Source: the human T2T-CHM13v2.0 reference genome, Homo sapiens. From it: a DNA stretch of 64,000 nt. The stretch lies in assembly GCF_009914755.1 (NCBI RefSeq), contig NC_060934.1; one strand, 5' to 3'. Each line of letters opens with the position of its first letter. Within the stretch, counting starts at the first letter, position 1. Position numbers and translations under genes: made by a program. Of this stretch, positions 61,899-64,000 are shown piece by piece. The notes beneath the pieces are model-generated. The model had not been told where the DNA came from, made no database searches, and worked only from the letters and a program-made list of their open reading frames with translations.

Positions 61899-62879
61899 TG
61901 AGGAAGGGCACCAGGATTGGGTCTGAATGCAGGACATGAAATCACTGCTTACGAGCCAGCATTTTTGGTGGAGATTCCAGTTGTCACAAGGGCCAAGCAA
62001 GGTCATCTTGGAAGAGTGAGCCATGCTAGGGAGGGGGCAGGGGCTCTACCCTTCCATTAATGGAACACTATGGAACATTTATGCCTCCTCGTTTCTCAGG
62101 CATAAAGAAGAGAAAAAGGGAAACTCAGCTGTAGTTCTGTGCTTTTCAAGGAAAAGAAGAAAGAGCGAATTCTGCCAACCCTGAACCCACGTTTTGGCTT
62201 AGCTCTTGATTCTGAGTGGCACAGGAACCGGATTTTAGATAAAGAAGAGACGTTTCTGTTACCTTGTAAGGCAGGAAATGGTTTTCTGGTCCTGGGATTC
62301 CTCTTCTGAGTGTGTGGGTGTCATGATTTCCTGTTTCTTTTTTCTCTCTTTCTTTTTTTCTTTAAGCTTTTACATTTAGAAAATATATTGAATGCCCTAA
62401 TTTTGTTGCGGTAAATTTCCAATATATAAATCAAAATTAGACTTTATTTTCTGGGTCTTAGACCATTCTGGGTCTGCTTTTTGTTTAGCATGTCAAGTAT
62501 ACGATGCAAAATGCCTTTTTTTTTTTTTTCTTGGAGGAGATTAACATTGTCAGGCTGTTCAACTTAGAGGACAGTTCTAACTGGCTGCTAAAATCAACAC
62601 ACAGTTTGACAGCTGTGGTTTTTTCTTTTAAACTAATTCCACAAAAAGAGATGAACGATAGAGATCAAACCATCATATGATGCTGCTGCTGATGGTTTAA
62701 TATAATTTTCCCAAGAAGCACTGGATTGTGTCCCTTAAAATGCTCTTATCTTGGGTGAGTTAGTGGGAGGGAAGCACTGTTCTGCTCTGGTCCTGTCCTC
62801 TTTTTTTTTTTTTTAAGAGCAAAATAATTGTCACCTAGTTTTGTGTGTAGCAGTGTGGGTTGGGAGATTCGTGGAGGGC

Positions 62880-63050
62880 CATGGTTCCCATCAGTGCATG
62901 GAAGCCTTGTGAAAACACAAATTGCTGGGCCACACCACCGGAGTTTCTGATTTAGTATGTCTGGGGTAGGGCCTGATTATCTGTATTTCCAGGAAGTTCC
63001 CAGGTAATATGCTGCTACTGGTCCAGGGATCACCTTTTGAGAATCACTGG
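62880..63050. mobile_element. MER5A
   Basis: attgctgggcc...gagtttctgatt...aagttcccaggt...tttgagaatcactg. Confidence 0.85.
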
Positions 63051-63152
63051 TCTAACGTAAAGGCTGTCATACTGGATGTCAGGGTCCTAGGTTCTAGAGT
63101 CCTAGGACTGTGAGATTTTAAAACTTGATGATTCCTTGGAGACTGCCTAGTC

Positions 63153-63379
63153 CAGGGGTTGGCAGGCTAACTTTTTCTGCCAACAGCCAGATAATAAATA
63201 TTATAGGCTTTGCTGGCCATCTGGTGTCTTTTGCAACTACTCAACTCCACTGTTGTGGTATAAAAGCAGCTGTAGATAGACACATGCAAACAAATGAGCA
63301 TGGCTGTGTTCCAATAAAACTTTACGTTTCCATAGACAGGCAGCAAGCCAGACATGGCCCATGTAGTTTGCCAACCCTG
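63153..63379. mobile_element. MER58A (hAT-Charlie)
   Basis: TIRs caggggttggca...tgccaaccctg; 8-bp TSD gcctagtc/gtctagtc. Confidence 0.9.
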
Positions 63380-63554
63380 GTCTAGTCTAAGCTTTCATTT
63401 TACAGACGAGGAGATTGATTTTCAGAGAGGTTAGTTGACAATGACAATTACACAGGTGGCTGAATGCATGCCACTTGACTACTAACCAGCTAGTTGACTT
63501 GAGGTAAGATGCTTTGCCATACCACCTATAAAATAAGAAGATGTGTTAGTTATC

Positions 63555-63955
63555 TGTGTTAGTTTTCTAGGGCTGCCATAACAAGATACCACAGACTGGG
63601 TGGCTTAAACAATAGAAATGTATTGTCTTACAGTGCAGGAGGCTGGAAGTCCACAATCACGGTGTCAGCAGGGTTGGTTTCTCCTGAGGCCTTCCTCCCT
63701 GGCTTGCAGATGGCAGCCCTCTTGCTGTGTCCTCACACGGCCTTATCTCTGCATATACATTCCTAGTGTCTCTTCCTCTTATAAGGACATCAGTAAGATT
63801 GGATTAGGGCCCACCATAATGGTCTCATTTTAACTTAACAGCCTCTTTAAAGGCTCTGTCTCCAAATACAGTCCCATTCCAAGAAATACGGGGCGTTAGG
63901 TCTTCAACATATGAATTCTTAAGGAGGGAGGTGACACACCATTCAGCCCATAACA
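63555..63955 (-). mobile_element. MLT1B-like MaLR solo LTR nested in an older MLT1 LTR
   Basis: tgtgttagttttctagggctgccataaca...ccattcagcccataaca; 5-bp TSD ttatc at 63550-63554 and 63956-63960. Confidence 0.9.
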
Positions 63956-64000
63956 TTATCTGTTGCTATATAACAAATTACTCCAAAATTTAGTGGCTTT

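Overview
This is anthropoid primate (most likely human) non-coding genomic DNA, either intronic or intergenic. It is AT-rich and dense in interspersed repeats: about 45 Alu units (AluJ, AluS and monomers, many with readable target-site duplications, TSDs), L1 3' ends, L2 and MIR relics, MaLR/ERVL LTRs (THE1, MLT1, LTR33) and hAT-Charlie DNA transposons (MER5A, MER20, MER33, MER58A, Charlie). I cannot support any protein-coding gene, tRNA, rRNA or CRISPR array. The supplied ORFs are Alu-, microsatellite- or chance-derived, and I could not identify the locus. I found no evidence of a new multi-gene system. The most notable structures not explained by ordinary repeat insertion are: (1) a near-perfect 53-bp-arm hairpin formed inside an MLT1 LTR (28767-28899), a de novo pre-miRNA-like candidate; (2) an Alu whose single TSD encloses a copy of another Alu's tail and unique 3' flank from 4.4 kb away; (3) a second 235-bp duplication at a 4.47 kb offset; (4) a 69-bp TSD-flanked polyadenylated micro-retrocopy resembling an ERV1 LTR; and (5) a CpG-enriched region with GC boxes phased about 20 bp apart, followed by a consensus splice donor, a candidate promoter and first exon. 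Repeat subfamily calls are from memory of consensus sequences, and boundaries of old repeats are approximate.
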